DNA of 24,460 nucleotides from a virus (taxonomy: Duplodnaviria; Caudoviricetes). Positions 1 through 8,988 of this stretch are shown piece after piece. The first letter of the stretch is position 1. Each line of letters begins with the position of its first letter. The DNA is taken from the IMG/VR virus record IMGVR_UViG_3300025167_000062, positions 1 to 24,460 of that record, one strand, 5' to 3'. Below the pieces are notes generated by a model. It was not told the DNA's origin. It saw only the letters and a list, made by a program, of their open reading frames with translations, and searched no databases. Position numbers and translations under genes: made by a program.

Positions 1-11
1 GTAAGTGTGAC

Positions 12-1445
12 CTACTCCTCGAGCAGGTCCAACTCCGCGGCCCCTACCTCTGCCAGGTGCAGCAGGTCCTCGTCGGTGGGTGGCTTGTCGCCGGCCCGGC
101 CGGCCCCGGACTTCGGGGGTGCGGTCTTCGTCCTTTTCATTATATCACGCTTCGTGTCGTCCATCTCGGTTTCGGCGTCCTGGTGCTCGTCCGTCATGCC
201 CATATCCACGCCCGCGTCCGCGAGCGCTTCGTGCAGGGCTGACATGGCCGCCATGATCCGGTCCACGTTCCGTTGGGCCAGCACGCGCCCCGCCTTCAGC
301 GCCTTGTGCTCGGTCAGCTCGTGCAGGCCGAGGAACTCGACGATGTCGGCGATGTCCAGGTCCGGCCGCGTGTCGGACACCGGTTCAACGACCTTGGTTT
401 CGCCCTTCGGCGTGAACGCCATCGTCCCGTACTCGCCCATCGCCGTGTCGGGCTGGGTCTCGGCCGGGAGAGGCTGGAACTCGTACGTCCCCTCCACCCA
501 CTGGTCGCGGGGTGCGAACGTCACCAGTCCGTCCTGCTGGGTGAACGGCACCTTGTAGCACACTGGACCGAACTCGACGATGCAGAAGCCGAGGTCGAGG
601 TAGGTCGCCCGGACCCACGGAGCGTACTGCGGCTGCACCGCCGTTGGGTCTCCAAAGACCGCCGTGAACTCGGCCTGAACATCGTTGGCCACCTCTTCGA
701 TGGACTCGTTCTTCGTTTCGGTGTCCACGTGCACCGCCGCCAACTTGTCCACGTTCGCGTGGAGTGCCGCGATCTGGGCGTTGGCATCCTCCTCGGTGTC
801 GTGCGTTCCGAGAGCCTCACCCGTGCGGTTCCCGTCGGCGTCCACCTTGTACACGCCCCACTTGTCGCCAACCTTGAACACGTCCCAAGGCTTGGCTTCG
901 TGGTCGGACTTCGTACCCAGCACGGCCGTCTCGGTGTTCATGCCCCACAGCACGGGGGACACCTCCCACAGCCGTACCGTCTTCAGGTTGCGGGCCGTAA
1001 CCGTGTGGCCGTTCTTGTCCTTGACCTTGGAGTAGTCCACGTCGAGGGCATCGTACGTGTACGACCACTCGTCGATGCCGCCCTCCCGGATGCGAACGAA
1101 GGCGCCCTTGCCCTCCGGCGTATCGAGGAAGAACTGGATGGACCCCATGAGCCCGCCGGTCGCCTCTGGGCTCTTGGCCCGAACCGCCTCGGGCAGTCCG
1201 GCGCGATCCACCTCCCAAAGTTTGACTGGCTTGCCCAGGACGCGCATGATGCTGTCCTGGAGGTGATTGTCGCAAACACGGATCTTCCCGGCCCGCTCGC
1301 TAATCGTCTTGACAAAGGAACCGGGGTGAGAGATGTCGCTCCCCTCGTCGAGGATCCCGAACACCGTGATGAGGCCGTCAACGATGCCTTGATCCTCGTC
1401 GATCCGTACCTTGGTAAACTGTACAGATTTTGTCTCGTGCTTCAT
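12..1445 (-). CDS. HK97-family prohead maturation protease with long C-terminal extension
   Basis: Start MKHETK at 1445 with GGAGG SD. Motifs G.....VFGILDEGSD...GSF, CDNH (catalytic His), IDEWSYTY (catalytic Ser), LWEVSPVLWGMN and the C-terminal KAGRVLAQRN motif. The ORF-track extension to 1910 is an out-of-frame overlap with the gpF gene. Confidence 0.9.
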   Translation of the reverse strand: MKHETKSVQFTKVRIDEDQGIVDGLITVFGILDEGSDISHPGSFVKTISERAGKIRVCDNHLQDSIMRVLGKPVKLWEVDRAGLPEAVRAKSPEATGGLMGSIQFFLDTPEGKGAFVRIREGGIDEWSYTYDALDVDYSKVKDKNGHTVTARNLKTVRLWEVSPVLWGMNTETAVLGTKSDHEAKPWDVFKVGDKWGVYKVDADGNRTGEALGTHDTEEDANAQIAALHANVDKLAAVHVDTETKNESIEEVANDVQAEFTAVFGDPTAVQPQYAPWVRATYLDLGFCIVEFGPVCYKVPFTQQDGLVTFAPRDQWVEGTYEFQPLPAETQPDTAMGEYGTMAFTPKGETKVVEPVSDTRPDLDIADIVEFLGLHELTEHKALKAGRVLAQRNVDRIMAAMSALHEALADAGVDMGMTDEHQDAETEMDDTKRDIMKRTKTAPPKSGAGRAGDKPPTDEDLLHLAEVGAAELDLLEE

Positions 1446-1464
1446 GTTGCCCTCCGGCCAATCA

Positions 1465-1474
1465 ATTGTATCAC
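1465..1474 (-). promoter_or_regulatory. Putative extended -10 promoter (GTGATACAAT) upstream of the prohead protease
   Basis: TGnTACAAT in the short intergenic gap; an identical 10-mer lies upstream of the portal gene. Confidence 0.6.
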
Positions 1475-2436
1475 TATTCGGTCGCCTCGCCGGGCAGGAC
1501 CGGCAGGACCGTGCACCGACAGTTGATCGAGTTTCCTGGACTGCCCGCAGGATCGCCCGGATAGTCCATCTCCTCGTCGTCCACGATGAATGGCTCGTCG
1601 ATCGCAACCACCTGGCCGTTGGCCTCCCAGTGCGCCTCCCGCACGCGTTCGTCGGGGGTGGCCAGCCACTCCTTCTGTTCGACGCCCCACTCGGACATCT
1701 GCTCCGTGGCGCCAAAGTTCTCCGCCCGCATCGTCTCCGTCCGGGCGATCGCCTCCGCCCGGTAGGGCACCATGCGGTCCTCGAACCAGGCCAGGTCCTC
1801 CGGCTCCACGTCTCCGTACGCCATCTGTCGGAAGACCTCCTCGAGGTGACCTGCCATCGCATCAATGGACCAGCCTTCGTCCACCCCCATGGCGATGACC
1901 TCCTCGACAAGGTCCGCCGTGGTGCCGTTGACGGGACTGGCGAACTCCAGGGCGTACTCCGTAAACCACTCCTGCGCCCCGATGTTCGGCACGTCGAACT
2001 GAAAACCGAACTCGTCCCGCATGGTGTTGACGCCGTCCGTCATCACCCCCTCCAGCACAGGCAGGAACTGTTCCCGCCAGTTGGCGCCGGCCTGGGTGCG
2101 GAGGTAGTCCCGCGTCGCCTCGCTGTACTTCCGCCAATCGATACTCTGCTTGTTCCGCAGGGCGGACTTGTGTGCCTCCCCGAGCAGAACCAGCAGTTCC
2201 CGCTTGTCTATTTCAAGTGCGGTGCGGGTCGCCGCCAGGGCGTCGGACTCGTACTGCCGGGCGATGCGATCGACCTTCTTCCAGTACAGGAGCTTAGCGT
2301 CAGAGAAAACATGGACTTCGGTACGTTTGGGCCCGCCCTCGTCGCGCTCCTGGTCCTCGGAGTACTTGCGCCCCCGGGGAGCGAACCCCGGGAGGAAACG
2401 CTTGGCGGCATGACGACGCTTCGCAAAGATGGGCAT
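1474..2436 (-). CDS. Phage head morphogenesis / minor capsid protein (SPP1 gp7 / Mu gpF family)
   Basis: RAEAIARTETMRAEN, KEWLATPDERVREAH, NGQ...DEPF, YPGDP and NCRCT motifs; AAGGAG SD. Confidence 0.93.
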   Translation of the reverse strand: MPIFAKRRHAAKRFLPGFAPRGRKYSEDQERDEGGPKRTEVHVFSDAKLLYWKKVDRIARQYESDALAATRTALEIDKRELLVLLGEAHKSALRNKQSIDWRKYSEATRDYLRTQAGANWREQFLPVLEGVMTDGVNTMRDEFGFQFDVPNIGAQEWFTEYALEFASPVNGTTADLVEEVIAMGVDEGWSIDAMAGHLEEVFRQMAYGDVEPEDLAWFEDRMVPYRAEAIARTETMRAENFGATEQMSEWGVEQKEWLATPDERVREAHWEANGQVVAIDEPFIVDDEEMDYPGDPAGSPGNSINCRCTVLPVLPGEATE

Positions 2437-2459
2437 GTCTCAGCGCTCCTTGGGCACAT

Positions 2460-4712
2460 TCATAGGATATCCATCGCTACGAGGAGTTCGGCCTCTTCCT
2501 CGTCCGTCTCTACGACAGCCGGCTGCTTTACCACCTTCACCGGGGGCTCGGCGTAGTACGGGTAACGCCCGGTATGCTTCTTCTTCACAACCCCGGTCCC
2601 ACCGGTTGCAGACTGCGTGTCAATCGCGCTGGCCACTTCCGTGATGCTGACTTCATAGATGGTTCCACCACCCCCAGGTGTGATGGTCGCATCCTGTGTG
2701 TCGGCTGCCGCCGCCGCCTCCCCAACCGAAACCAATGTGATCAGCGCCCAGTCCTGGACATCCAGCGCCACCCCCGCTTCGATGACGGCCGCCTCTTGCG
2801 TCAGCACGGCGCTCTGGGTCTCGGCCGCAGCACCAGCCTCAGCGATGGCGGCTTCCTGGCTGACGGTCGCGCTGGGCGCGTCCGATGCCGCCTCCACCTC
2901 GACTATCGCCGCCTCTTGGGTCAAGGTCGCGCTGGGCGTATCGGCCGCCGCACCAGCCTCGGAAACGTCACCGACCTGAATCAGCAGGGCAATCGGCGCA
3001 TCGGTCGCGGAGACGGCCTCGCTAACGCCGTCCTCGAACAAGAGGCTGGCTGATTGCGCGTCCGCCGCCGCCGCGGGCTCCGCAACGTCGGCTAGAGTAG
3101 TCAGAAGCGCGGTCGGGCTATCCGCTGCTGCCCCTGCCTCGGCCACCGCCGCCGAATAAATCGACCCCGCGGCATCCTGCGAGTCCGCAGCCGCCCCCGC
3201 CTCGGTTACGCCTGCCAGCGTAGTCAACACGGCGGACGGTGCATCGGCGGCGCTGGCAGCTTCCGTTACGTCGGCATCAATCCCCGAGGTATATTCGATG
3301 TGGAGCTTGGCGGCAAGAGCGGTGTTGTAGTCATAAGTTCTGATGGCGAGGTCTCTTGTCGAGCTTGCAGTATGTTGTTCATAGATCATCACCATCGCGT
3401 TTCCGGTCGCCCATGAACCTTGGTCAATCAGCTCCTGGACAATCGCGGATAAATCAGCGCCGTTCGTTGGGTCTCCAGCGGCGGCACCCCATTCGTAGGC
3501 AACATCAGTACCAGATGCAAACAGATTGGTCGAATTCCACTGAACGGTAGCAGTCGTTCGATTACGAGCGTCGATGTCGTTGGCACTCGCTGTGAAGGTT
3601 CCTGGATTGGGGGCGAGTTCACCCCGAATTTTATGCTGGGGTTCGTCAAGGGTGTCATCCACGATCGTGACTTCGACCGTCGCTAAGTCAATGGTCTCCG
3701 TCCCATCTAGTGCTATCGTTGTCCAGCGGAGCCCGACGTGCTCTGTTGTGGCGTCAACCAATTGGTTTTGGCTGGTCAAGAACATGCCGTCGTTTGTAGC
3801 CTGAAACGCGTCGTCGCTGTTTGCCCCCACCTGCTCATCAATCGTCGTATCAATCTCAATCGGATAGTCTGCGGCCTGGAGCCAGGCAATCGGGATGCGG
3901 TGTTCCACGAACAGATTGGGACCAGTCCTGCGCAGCCTGAATGTCCCTAGCAACTCATCCGGGTCCTGATCCTCAACCGGAGCACCATTAGAGCGGGGAA
4001 GGTTGAACGTCCATAGGACTTCGCCCGTCGTGCTGTGACGGAACTCGATGTAGCCCTGGGTGTTGACCGGATTGTTGACCACCCGATTCCACAAGACGCC
4101 GTTCACAAAGATGTCTATATTGTTTGAGACCTGGAAGATGAACTGCAAGCGGGCGACAGGATTTCCGCCAGCAACGATCTGCGCCGTGGGGGGCGGCCAT
4201 CTGGAGGCCTGATCCACGACAAGGCGCTTATCCAGCCTAGCAGTCTGTGTCTGCCAGCGGATGTCGAAGCCTGTCCCAAATGCGCCCGACCAGAACAGGA
4301 CATCCTCGCCCTGAACGACCGCGTTCGCCGACTGCGGGTTAGCAATAGCCTGAATCTGATCTAAGTCGTTCGTGTACTGGAGTTGCTGGGGCTGGAAGGC
4401 GACGCTCTCGCCGGTGCCCGGATGGACGTACTTGACGATCTGGCCGGAGGAGAAGTTGGCCAGAGCGAAGGCGTTGTAGCCAGCCTGCACCATCTCGAAG
4501 TTCCACGGTGCAGTGCCTGGTTGCCAGGCGCTGTTGATCTCCTGATCCTCGGCCGGCCCGTAGTGCATCGGGCCGATACCAAGGTCAAGCATGAACTTGC
4601 TGGGAATCGTGGGGTGCTGGTGCTTGATGGAGTTGCGGCGACGCGCAACAACCGTGGCACCAGGCCACAGTTGCTGCGCCCTCTCGCGAGCCTCCCTAGC
4701 GGGATGGGCCAT
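2460..4712 (-). CDS. Large putative virion fibre/adhesin: WapA/DNRLRE-type N-terminal region, beta-rich carbohydrate-binding-like domain, ~11 x 20-aa stalk repeats, acidic-hydrophobic C-terminus
   Basis: 750 aa; motifs RRRNSIK..GPMHY..EINSAW and WLQAADYPIEIDTT..VGANSDDA..AKLHIEY; repeats V(T/A/S)EAGAAAD..A; ends EEEAELLVAMDIL. Confidence 0.6.
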   Translation of the reverse strand: MAHPAREARERAQQLWPGATVVARRRNSIKHQHPTIPSKFMLDLGIGPMHYGPAEDQEINSAWQPGTAPWNFEMVQAGYNAFALANFSSGQIVKYVHPGTGESVAFQPQQLQYTNDLDQIQAIANPQSANAVVQGEDVLFWSGAFGTGFDIRWQTQTARLDKRLVVDQASRWPPPTAQIVAGGNPVARLQFIFQVSNNIDIFVNGVLWNRVVNNPVNTQGYIEFRHSTTGEVLWTFNLPRSNGAPVEDQDPDELLGTFRLRRTGPNLFVEHRIPIAWLQAADYPIEIDTTIDEQVGANSDDAFQATNDGMFLTSQNQLVDATTEHVGLRWTTIALDGTETIDLATVEVTIVDDTLDEPQHKIRGELAPNPGTFTASANDIDARNRTTATVQWNSTNLFASGTDVAYEWGAAAGDPTNGADLSAIVQELIDQGSWATGNAMVMIYEQHTASSTRDLAIRTYDYNTALAAKLHIEYTSGIDADVTEAASAADAPSAVLTTLAGVTEAGAAADSQDAAGSIYSAAVAEAGAAADSPTALLTTLADVAEPAAAADAQSASLLFEDGVSEAVSATDAPIALLIQVGDVSEAGAAADTPSATLTQEAAIVEVEAASDAPSATVSQEAAIAEAGAAAETQSAVLTQEAAVIEAGVALDVQDWALITLVSVGEAAAAADTQDATITPGGGGTIYEVSITEVASAIDTQSATGGTGVVKKKHTGRYPYYAEPPVKVVKQPAVVETDEEEAELLVAMDIL
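2610..3270 (-). repeat. Degenerate ~60-bp coding tandem repeat (~11 x 20 aa, consensus V.EAGAAAD.PSA.LT...)
   Basis: Periodic E...D pattern read directly from the translation; boundaries are approximate. Confidence 0.85.
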
Positions 4713-4724
4713 GCCGCGGGCCGC

Positions 4725-5339
4725 TTACAGCGCGCAGCTGTAGCTGACGTTCAGCGTGTCCGTATTGACCACTACCTTGTCCCCGCCCGTGAACAGCCCG
4801 GCCGAGAACAACGTGCCGCTGGTGTTGTCAATGGTCGAAACGGCCCCCGTCCCGTACACCAGAAAAGCGCCCTTGACCGTCCCGGAGCCTGTAATAGCGA
4901 AGGACAGCGCGGCGCTGAGCGCCTTGCTTCCGCCGGAGGCTGCATTCCAGGCAGCGGTCTTACGCGGTGCGGTGTAGGTTGGTGCGTTGGCGTTACCTGC
5001 CTCGGTCCAGCCGCCGTGCGAGGACATCGTATCGCCGGCCACCGGTCCGGTGGTGTAGCTCACTGAGCTGATGAGCCCCAGGAAGGGACCGACGATGGCC
5101 ACCGAGGTCTGCAGGTCGTTGTCGAGCATGTGGTTCTTGCCGACGGTCGTCACCACGTTCTTGATGGTGTCTCGCCACTTGACTTCCCCGTCGGCTCCGA
5201 CGCACTCCACCGTGAACACGCCGTGGATGCCCGCTTTCTCCGTCACCGCCGCCGCTCGACTTATCCAGGCGTCCACTCGCACCTCTGCCTCCAGCTTGTC
5301 ACCCATTGTGTCCATGTTCCTTTTGTTCCTTTCTCTCAC
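4725..5339 (-). CDS. Putative virion structural protein (tail/fibre-associated beta-rich domain)
   Basis: G.F.VEC...DG..KW....KNVVTTVGKN..L, then F..TGSGTVKGAFL...GTLFS..F...K.V...DTLNVSY, a pattern typical of phage fibre-associated proteins. GTG start overlaps the portal stop; alternative start at ATG 5315. Confidence 0.65.
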   Translation of the reverse strand: MRERNKRNMDTMGDKLEAEVRVDAWISRAAAVTEKAGIHGVFTVECVGADGEVKWRDTIKNVVTTVGKNHMLDNDLQTSVAIVGPFLGLISSVSYTTGPVAGDTMSSHGGWTEAGNANAPTYTAPRKTAAWNAASGGSKALSAALSFAITGSGTVKGAFLVYGTGAVSTIDNTSGTLFSAGLFTGGDKVVVNTDTLNVSYSCAL

Positions 5340-7315
5340 TCCTCGTGGGAGTAGACTGAAACTTCCTCGGATCCGATTACGCGTTTGTCCTTGTCGCGGG
5401 TAAGTTTGGTCGTTGACCGACTGCCTGTCACCTTCGGCACGATCACCGTTACCTCCGCTGGGGGCACGATGATCGGTTGCGGTGCTTGCGGCGCGACGAG
5501 GGCCTCCATCTTGAGGCCCATCGCCTCAATGGCCTTGACCTGCTTGTCCAGAGCACCGACGATCAGTTCCGCATTCTTGGACTCCACCGCTGCGCGCAGT
5601 GCCTTGGACTGCTGGGCCAGGACCAGCCGGTTCTCCGCCAGCTCGGTACCCATGCGTTCCCCCAGGGCCAAGATCTGCTCGGACAACCTAAGTACCTGCT
5701 CGGGCTGCGCCCTCATCTCGATGATAAGCTCAGTGAGTACCTTGCTCTGCTGTAGCGCAGCCTCAGCCTGTTCCTCCATGGCCTTGGTATTCACGACTAC
5801 CGTTAGGTTCATATCGTCACTCTCTCCATGGTTCTTCTCGGCGGCATCGGCCGCGGCTCCATGACTCTTCTCGGCCGCATCGGCCACGGCCTCTGGCGCC
5901 CCAGTATTGGTGTCCCCAGACGTGTCCGGCTGTTCAGAAGGCTTGGGCTCCGGGATCGGGGACGCTTGATCTGGCGGTGTCGCCGGCGGCGCGGGTTCCG
6001 GCTCCGGAGCGTTCGGATCGTAGACCGCCTGGAGGGCGCCGCTCATGTACACGACGTCGCCGTCCGCCATGTCGCCGAGCTCCAACTCCAGGAGCTGCGC
6101 GGCCTGGTTCTTGGTGATCCCCGTGGCCACCGCCTGGGCGAAGGCGCCGATCAGCGCCGGCGTGCTGGCCTGGAGCGCCTTCACGCCCGACAGGTCGAAG
6201 CGCCCGAACGTCCTGCCGTCGTCGGCCTGGAGGAAGTAGGCCAGCTCGTCCTCGACGAGGGAGAGCTCCGGGACGAACGTGTCCTCCCAGAACTGCTTGC
6301 GCGCCTCCTCGAAGTTGGAATACGACGATCGCATCAGGCCGATGCGCGTTCCGACGAGAATACCCGGCACGCCCAGCGGCCCGAGAATCCGGCTCTCGTT
6401 GCGCTCGTCGATCGGCTCGAACCCAAGTTGAGAAAACGTCGGCGTGATGGCCTCAAAGTCGCCCTCGTTGTCCAGTACCCCGATCTCGGCCCAGTTCTCG
6501 AAGGAGCCGTACTGCTCCATCCACCGCTCCTTGATGGTGGCGACGGTGGGATCGTCCAACGGCTGCTTGAACTTGAGCAGGCCCATCGGCGCGGTGCCCT
6601 TGTCGAAGAAGATCTTCAGGAACTTAGTGATCGAGTTGTCCACGTCCGCCGAAGACGCCAGGGGCGAGAGCGGCGACAGACCGTATCCCAACCCCTCCAT
6701 CGGATCGCCGGGGTTCGGCAGCTTGACGTGCGCCAAGTCCTGGGGTAGGATCGGAGTGCCATCCCTGAACGCCTTCCCCTCCGGTACGTACAGGTAACCG
6801 AGCAGGTCCTTCTTGTTGTCGGGGCTCGGTACGATGAACACCCGATCGGGTCGCAGGCACCACATCGCCGCGGGCACCGCCCTTGCGCTGGTCCGCTCGA
6901 ACCATACGTACGCGTTGCCCGCGACGTTCAGTGACGTGACGATCGAGCCGACGACCTGCCGGGTCGACTGGTAGTCGTTCGGCCGCATGATGAGCTGGGC
7001 GAGAGGATGCGAGGGCCTGACGGCGTCGGGGTTCTCGGGATCCCCCTTGTAGGCCCGCAGGACCGCGGCGTACGACGCCCTGACCTTGTAGTTGATCGCC
7101 GAATAGATCAAACTGTTGAAGTTGAATCCCTCGTTGACGTAGGCCTGGTAATCGATCAACTGCCACTGCGGGTTGCCCGTGGTCCAGCTAGGCCACATGA
7201 GCATCGGGCCCTTCTTCTTCCCACCAGATTGCCACGGCCTGCCGGGCAGGCCGTTCCCGAAGACCTTTAGCGCGATACGGGCCCGCGCCACGATGCCTGG
7301 TCTGGTGTCACCCAT
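5336..7315 (-). CDS. Phage portal protein (HK97 family) with Pro-rich linker and coiled-coil C-terminal extension
   Basis: HPLAQLIMRPN, GNAY, LRPDRV, H.K..NP....GLSPL, FFDKG..P.G, ILG.LGVP..LVG, YSNFEEA, G.TKNQA; follows TerL; GGAGG SD. Confidence 0.95.
   Translation of the reverse strand: MGDTRPGIVARARIALKVFGNGLPGRPWQSGGKKKGPMLMWPSWTTGNPQWQLIDYQAYVNEGFNFNSLIYSAINYKVRASYAAVLRAYKGDPENPDAVRPSHPLAQLIMRPNDYQSTRQVVGSIVTSLNVAGNAYVWFERTSARAVPAAMWCLRPDRVFIVPSPDNKKDLLGYLYVPEGKAFRDGTPILPQDLAHVKLPNPGDPMEGLGYGLSPLSPLASSADVDNSITKFLKIFFDKGTAPMGLLKFKQPLDDPTVATIKERWMEQYGSFENWAEIGVLDNEGDFEAITPTFSQLGFEPIDERNESRILGPLGVPGILVGTRIGLMRSSYSNFEEARKQFWEDTFVPELSLVEDELAYFLQADDGRTFGRFDLSGVKALQASTPALIGAFAQAVATGITKNQAAQLLELELGDMADGDVVYMSGALQAVYDPNAPEPEPAPPATPPDQASPIPEPKPSEQPDTSGDTNTGAPEAVADAAEKSHGAAADAAEKNHGESDDMNLTVVVNTKAMEEQAEAALQQSKVLTELIIEMRAQPEQVLRLSEQILALGERMGTELAENRLVLAQQSKALRAAVESKNAELIVGALDKQVKAIEAMGLKMEALVAPQAPQPIIVPPAEVTVIVPKVTGSRSTTKLTRDKDKRVIGSEEVSVYSHEE
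5826..5891. repeat. 33-bp imperfect tandem duplication in the portal gene (ADAAEKSHG / ADAAEKNHG)
   Basis: ccatggttcttctcggcggcatcggccgcggct followed by ccatgactcttctcggccgcatcggccacggcc. Confidence 0.85.
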
Positions 7316-7387
7316 GGTGTTCCCGCCTCCGAAATGTGTACTTGGACCCCAGGGCGCTTCTAGGCCCCGGAGCCCCCAGCTCCCTCT

Positions 7388-7397
7388 ATTGTATCAC
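7388..7397 (-). promoter_or_regulatory. Putative extended -10 promoter (GTGATACAAT) upstream of the portal
   Basis: AT-rich 10-mer just after the TerL stop, identical to 1465-1474. Confidence 0.6.
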
Positions 7398-7399
7398 AA

Positions 7400-8824
7400 T
7401 CATCGAAAGTACTGCCCCGAGGGCGCCTTACCCGCCAGGCACGCCAGGGCCACGGCCCAGAACTTGTCGGCGTGATGCTTCTCCGCCCGGGCCACGTCGA
7501 AGGTCACATTCTTGGAGGGGGTTACTAATCGACGGATCGAGTGAACCTGGTTCGCCAGATCCCGGTCGGCCGGCAGATGGATCGTTCCCTTCTGGAACCG
7601 CACCTTCGCCTCGACCGCCATGAGCTCCTTCGACTGATTGGTGAACGTTACCGGCATCACCCGCACCCAGAACTTGTGCTTCAGCTTCTCGGCCAGCATC
7701 ATCCCAAGACCCGTCTCATCGACACATAGCCTCGTGATGGATAGCACTTCCATGGCGTGCGAGACGACGGCGAGCTGATCGTCGAAGGAAACGGTGGACA
7801 GACTGACCGCCAACCTGCACAACAGCGCGCTCTGGGGATCCCGACCGAACACCCAGAACTCGGTAAGGTCCTTCCGCCGCCCCACGTCCATGCCCGCCAC
7901 CATGCTAATCTCGACCTGCCGCGAAGCCACCTTCCCGGCCAATTCGTCGATGGCAGCGTGCGCGTCCCCGACCGACCGAACCACGGTACAGTCCAGATCG
8001 CCGGTCTGCGCCAACGCCTGCGCCCGCTTCACCTCGTCCCACGTGACGAAGGCCGTGGACTCGTCGATCCAATCACACTCGTACTCCTGCTGAAAATCCT
8101 CCAGCACCATGTTGGCGTAGATGATCTGGAGGCGTTCGGTACCAAACAACCGCACCCTCTCCTCCGTGGCCTCCCCACCGGCCCAGACCCCGGCCTTCAG
8201 TACGTCAGTACACAGCGCCCGCGTCGTCCACCAGGGGAGGTAGTAGCGCCTGAACCCTGGGTACCGTTGAATGTTCTGCGCCGTGACTTCGTGAAACATG
8301 CCCCCGGCGCCAAGTGGCGTAGAACCTATCCGGATGCAGCCGCCTCGTGTGGTGACGGGAAGCGCCGAAGCGTAGATGGCCCGATCCCTAGCATAGTGGG
8401 CGAACTCGTCCAGGTACACCCTCGCTCGACCCTTGCCCCGGATCGGCTTGCAGGGGTGCGACAGGATCCGACTCCCGTTGGCCAGGGTGACCGTGGTGGC
8501 GTTGTCGTCCGTTACCGCCGGGCGAACCGACTTGTCCAGCGCCTCGATGATGGCCTTGGCGTAGACGATCTTCTCCTTCGTTTCCTCCATGTTGATTGAA
8601 ACGAACACGCTCGTGATCCGGGGCTCAAGCGTTGCCGCCGCCACCGCATCGGCCGCCGCACAGAACGACCAACCGATCTGTCGGGCCTTGCGGCTCGTGG
8701 ACAGCATGCCCTCGTCCGAGAGGAAGACGAGCTGATGCGCCTCCCAGACGGCCGCGTCGTCGTTCGTTGCGGCGGCCAGGTCAAGGTGCTCTATAAGAAA
8801 CGCGGCGCGCAGACCGATGGTCAC
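7400..8824 (-). CDS. terL: Terminase large subunit (Terminase_6 / Mu gp28-like)
   Basis: Q motif WEAHQ, Walker A variant KARQIGWS, Walker B VYLDEFAH, coupling motif GSTP, RNase H nuclease residues GMDVGR, DETGLG, HADKFWA. GTG start at 8824 overlaps the upstream stop. Confidence 0.93.
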   Translation of the reverse strand: MTIGLRAAFLIEHLDLAAATNDDAAVWEAHQLVFLSDEGMLSTSRKARQIGWSFCAAADAVAAATLEPRITSVFVSINMEETKEKIVYAKAIIEALDKSVRPAVTDDNATTVTLANGSRILSHPCKPIRGKGRARVYLDEFAHYARDRAIYASALPVTTRGGCIRIGSTPLGAGGMFHEVTAQNIQRYPGFRRYYLPWWTTRALCTDVLKAGVWAGGEATEERVRLFGTERLQIIYANMVLEDFQQEYECDWIDESTAFVTWDEVKRAQALAQTGDLDCTVVRSVGDAHAAIDELAGKVASRQVEISMVAGMDVGRRKDLTEFWVFGRDPQSALLCRLAVSLSTVSFDDQLAVVSHAMEVLSITRLCVDETGLGMMLAEKLKHKFWVRVMPVTFTNQSKELMAVEAKVRFQKGTIHLPADRDLANQVHSIRRLVTPSKNVTFDVARAEKHHADKFWAVALACLAGKAPSGQYFR

Positions 8825-8988
8825 TTCTTCGCCTTCGATGCCCGGGGCTTCTTTTCCGCCTTGGCCTTCTTCACGGCCGCTGAGAGGATGGGCCCCATGG
8901 GAACCGGGTCCCCGTGGATACAGTAGTGGCGCAGGTACACCACGTGGTCCTCGAACCGATCGCCGCACCAGTAGCAGAGCGTGGTCAC
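8821..8988 (-). CDS. Small zinc-finger-like protein with basic tail (55 aa)
   Basis: CYWC...F......L.HYC.H, Lys-rich C-terminus; GTGA overlaps at both ends; GGAGG SD. Confidence 0.6.
   Translation of the reverse strand: MTTLCYWCGDRFEDHVVYLRHYCIHGDPVPMGPILSAAVKKAKAEKKPRASKAKK

Noticed and set aside
1446-1910. N-terminal extension of the protease ORF (632 aa in the track)
   Set aside because: Arg/Ser/Trp-rich off-frame read of the gpF gene; the real start has an SD and a promoter at 1445-1474.
2460-4712. RHS/polymorphic toxin or DGR target
   Set aside because: No YD repeats, toxin tip or immunity gene; no reverse transcriptase or TR/VR pair seen.
7340-7380. GC-rich hairpin in the portal leader as a terminator or riboswitch
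   Set aside because: Imperfect stem with no U-tract; expected by chance at this GC content.
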